Part shown: piece by piece, positions 63,094-64,000 of the stretch
Position numbering within the stretch: position 1 is the first letter of the stretch
Layout: each line of letters begins with the position of its first letter
Sequence record: NZ_CP040051.1
Reading direction: 5' to 3' (one strand)
From: a plasmid
DNA length: 64,000 nt
Position numbers and translations under genes: made by a program
The notes under the pieces: generated by a model
What the model was told of the DNA's origin: nothing
Databases searched by the model: none
Seen by the model: only the letters and a program-made list of their open reading frames with translations

Positions 63094-63912
63094 GGCACTG
63101 TTGCAAATAGTCGGTGGTGATAAACTTATCATCCCCTTTTGCTGATGGAGCTGCACATGAACCCATTCAAAGGCCGGCATTTTCAGCGTGACATCATTCT
63201 GTGGGCCGTACGCTGGTACTGCAAATACGGCATCAGTTACCGTGAGCTGCAGGAGATGCTGGCTGAACGCGGAGTGAATGTCGATCACTCCACGATTTAC
63301 CGCTGGGTTCAGCGTTATGCGCCTGAAATGGAAAAACGGCTGCGCTGGTACTGGCGTAACCCTTCCGATCTTTGCCCGTGGCACATGGATGAAACCTACG
63401 TGAAGGTCAATGGCCGCTGGGCGTATCTGTACCGGGCCGTCGACAGCCGGGGCCGCACTGTCGATTTTTATCTCTCCTCCCGTCGTAACAGCAAAGCTGC
63501 ATACCGGTTTCTGGGTAAAATCCTCAACAACGTGAAGAAGTGGCAGATCCCGCGATTCATCAACACGGATAAAGCGCCCGCCTATGGTCGCGCGCTTGCT
63601 CTGCTCAAACGCGAAGGCGGTGCCCGTCTGACGTTGAACACCGACAGATTAAGTACCGGAACAACGTGATTGAATGCGATCATGGCAAACTGAAACGGAT
63701 AATCGGCGCCACGCTGGGATTTAAATCCATGAAGACGGCTTACGCCACCATCAAAGGTATTGAGGTGATGCGTGCACTACGCAAAGGCCAGGCCTCAGCA
63801 TTTTATTATGGTGATCCCCTGGGCGAAATGCGCCTGGTAAGCAGAGTTTTTGAAATGTAAGGCCTTTGAATAAGACAAAAGGCTGCCTCATCGCTAACTT
63901 TGCAACAGTGCC
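63094..63912 (+). mobile_element. IS26 copy 2 (819 bp; 1 bp shorter than copy 1)
   Basis: Same IRs. Differs from copy 1 by loss of one base at a CCGG site (about 63618), which splits tnp26 into the 63139-63669 and 63666-63860 ORFs. Confidence 0.9.
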
Positions 63913-64000
63913 AATTAGAGCATGTTCTTTTATTTAGAATCATGCATTTATTAAAAAATTATTTGCACTCATTAAGAGATTTTAAGAAAAGATTAATTAC

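Overview
This 64 kb window is a mosaic of an AT-rich Acinetobacter-type backbone (about 38% GC) carrying several GC-rich foreign modules, typical of a resistance plasmid or resistance island. In order:

1. 1-6489: the 3' end of a type 1 BREX defence locus. It holds a 5'-truncated GmrSD/BrxU-like DUF262-DUF1524 gene, then pglZ and brxL, all translationally coupled.
2. 7055-11477: two directly oriented IS6-family (IS1006/IS1008-like) elements bracketing a membrane-protein gene, an IS5-family transposase fragment and the formaldehyde-detoxification pair frmR-frmA.
3. 11.5-26.6 kb: AT-rich backbone with replication and conjugation-associated genes (Toprim primase, VirB1-like lytic transglycosylase, type IA topoisomerase) and many unknown ORFs, including proteins of 595, 367 and 308 aa.
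4. 26.7-31.8 kb: strA-strB, then ISCR2, a glmM fragment and sul2.
5. 32-40 kb: a GC-rich partition module (IncC-like parA, KorB-like parB) and a compact seven-gene operon of unknown function. The operon ends in a C5-methyltransferase-like ORF with an AbrB-like N-terminus, and an N6-methylase-like half-protein lies on the opposite strand. Palindromic operator-like motifs are shared between the parA promoter and the operon promoter. This is my best candidate for a previously undescribed system.
6. 40063-63912: a 23.8 kb IS26-bounded multiresistance region resembling AbGRI3/Tn1548 with a blaPER insert. Its gene order is truncated intI1 - arr-2 - cmlA - qacEdelta1 - sul1 - ISCR1 - blaPER - gst - truncated abct - truncated qacEdelta1 - sul1 (second copy) - ISCR1 (second copy) - IS903-like fragment - IS4-family (ISEc28-like) - armA - IS4-family (ISEc29-like) - msr(E) - mph(E) - HTH gene - truncated repAciN - IS26.

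A technical point matters for interpretation. The duplicated copies of sul1, ISCR1 and IS26 differ from each other almost only by single-base indels inside CCGG tetranucleotides. That pattern points to motif-specific (probably methylation-linked) assembly errors rather than real pseudogenes. No CRISPR arrays, rRNA or tRNA genes were seen.
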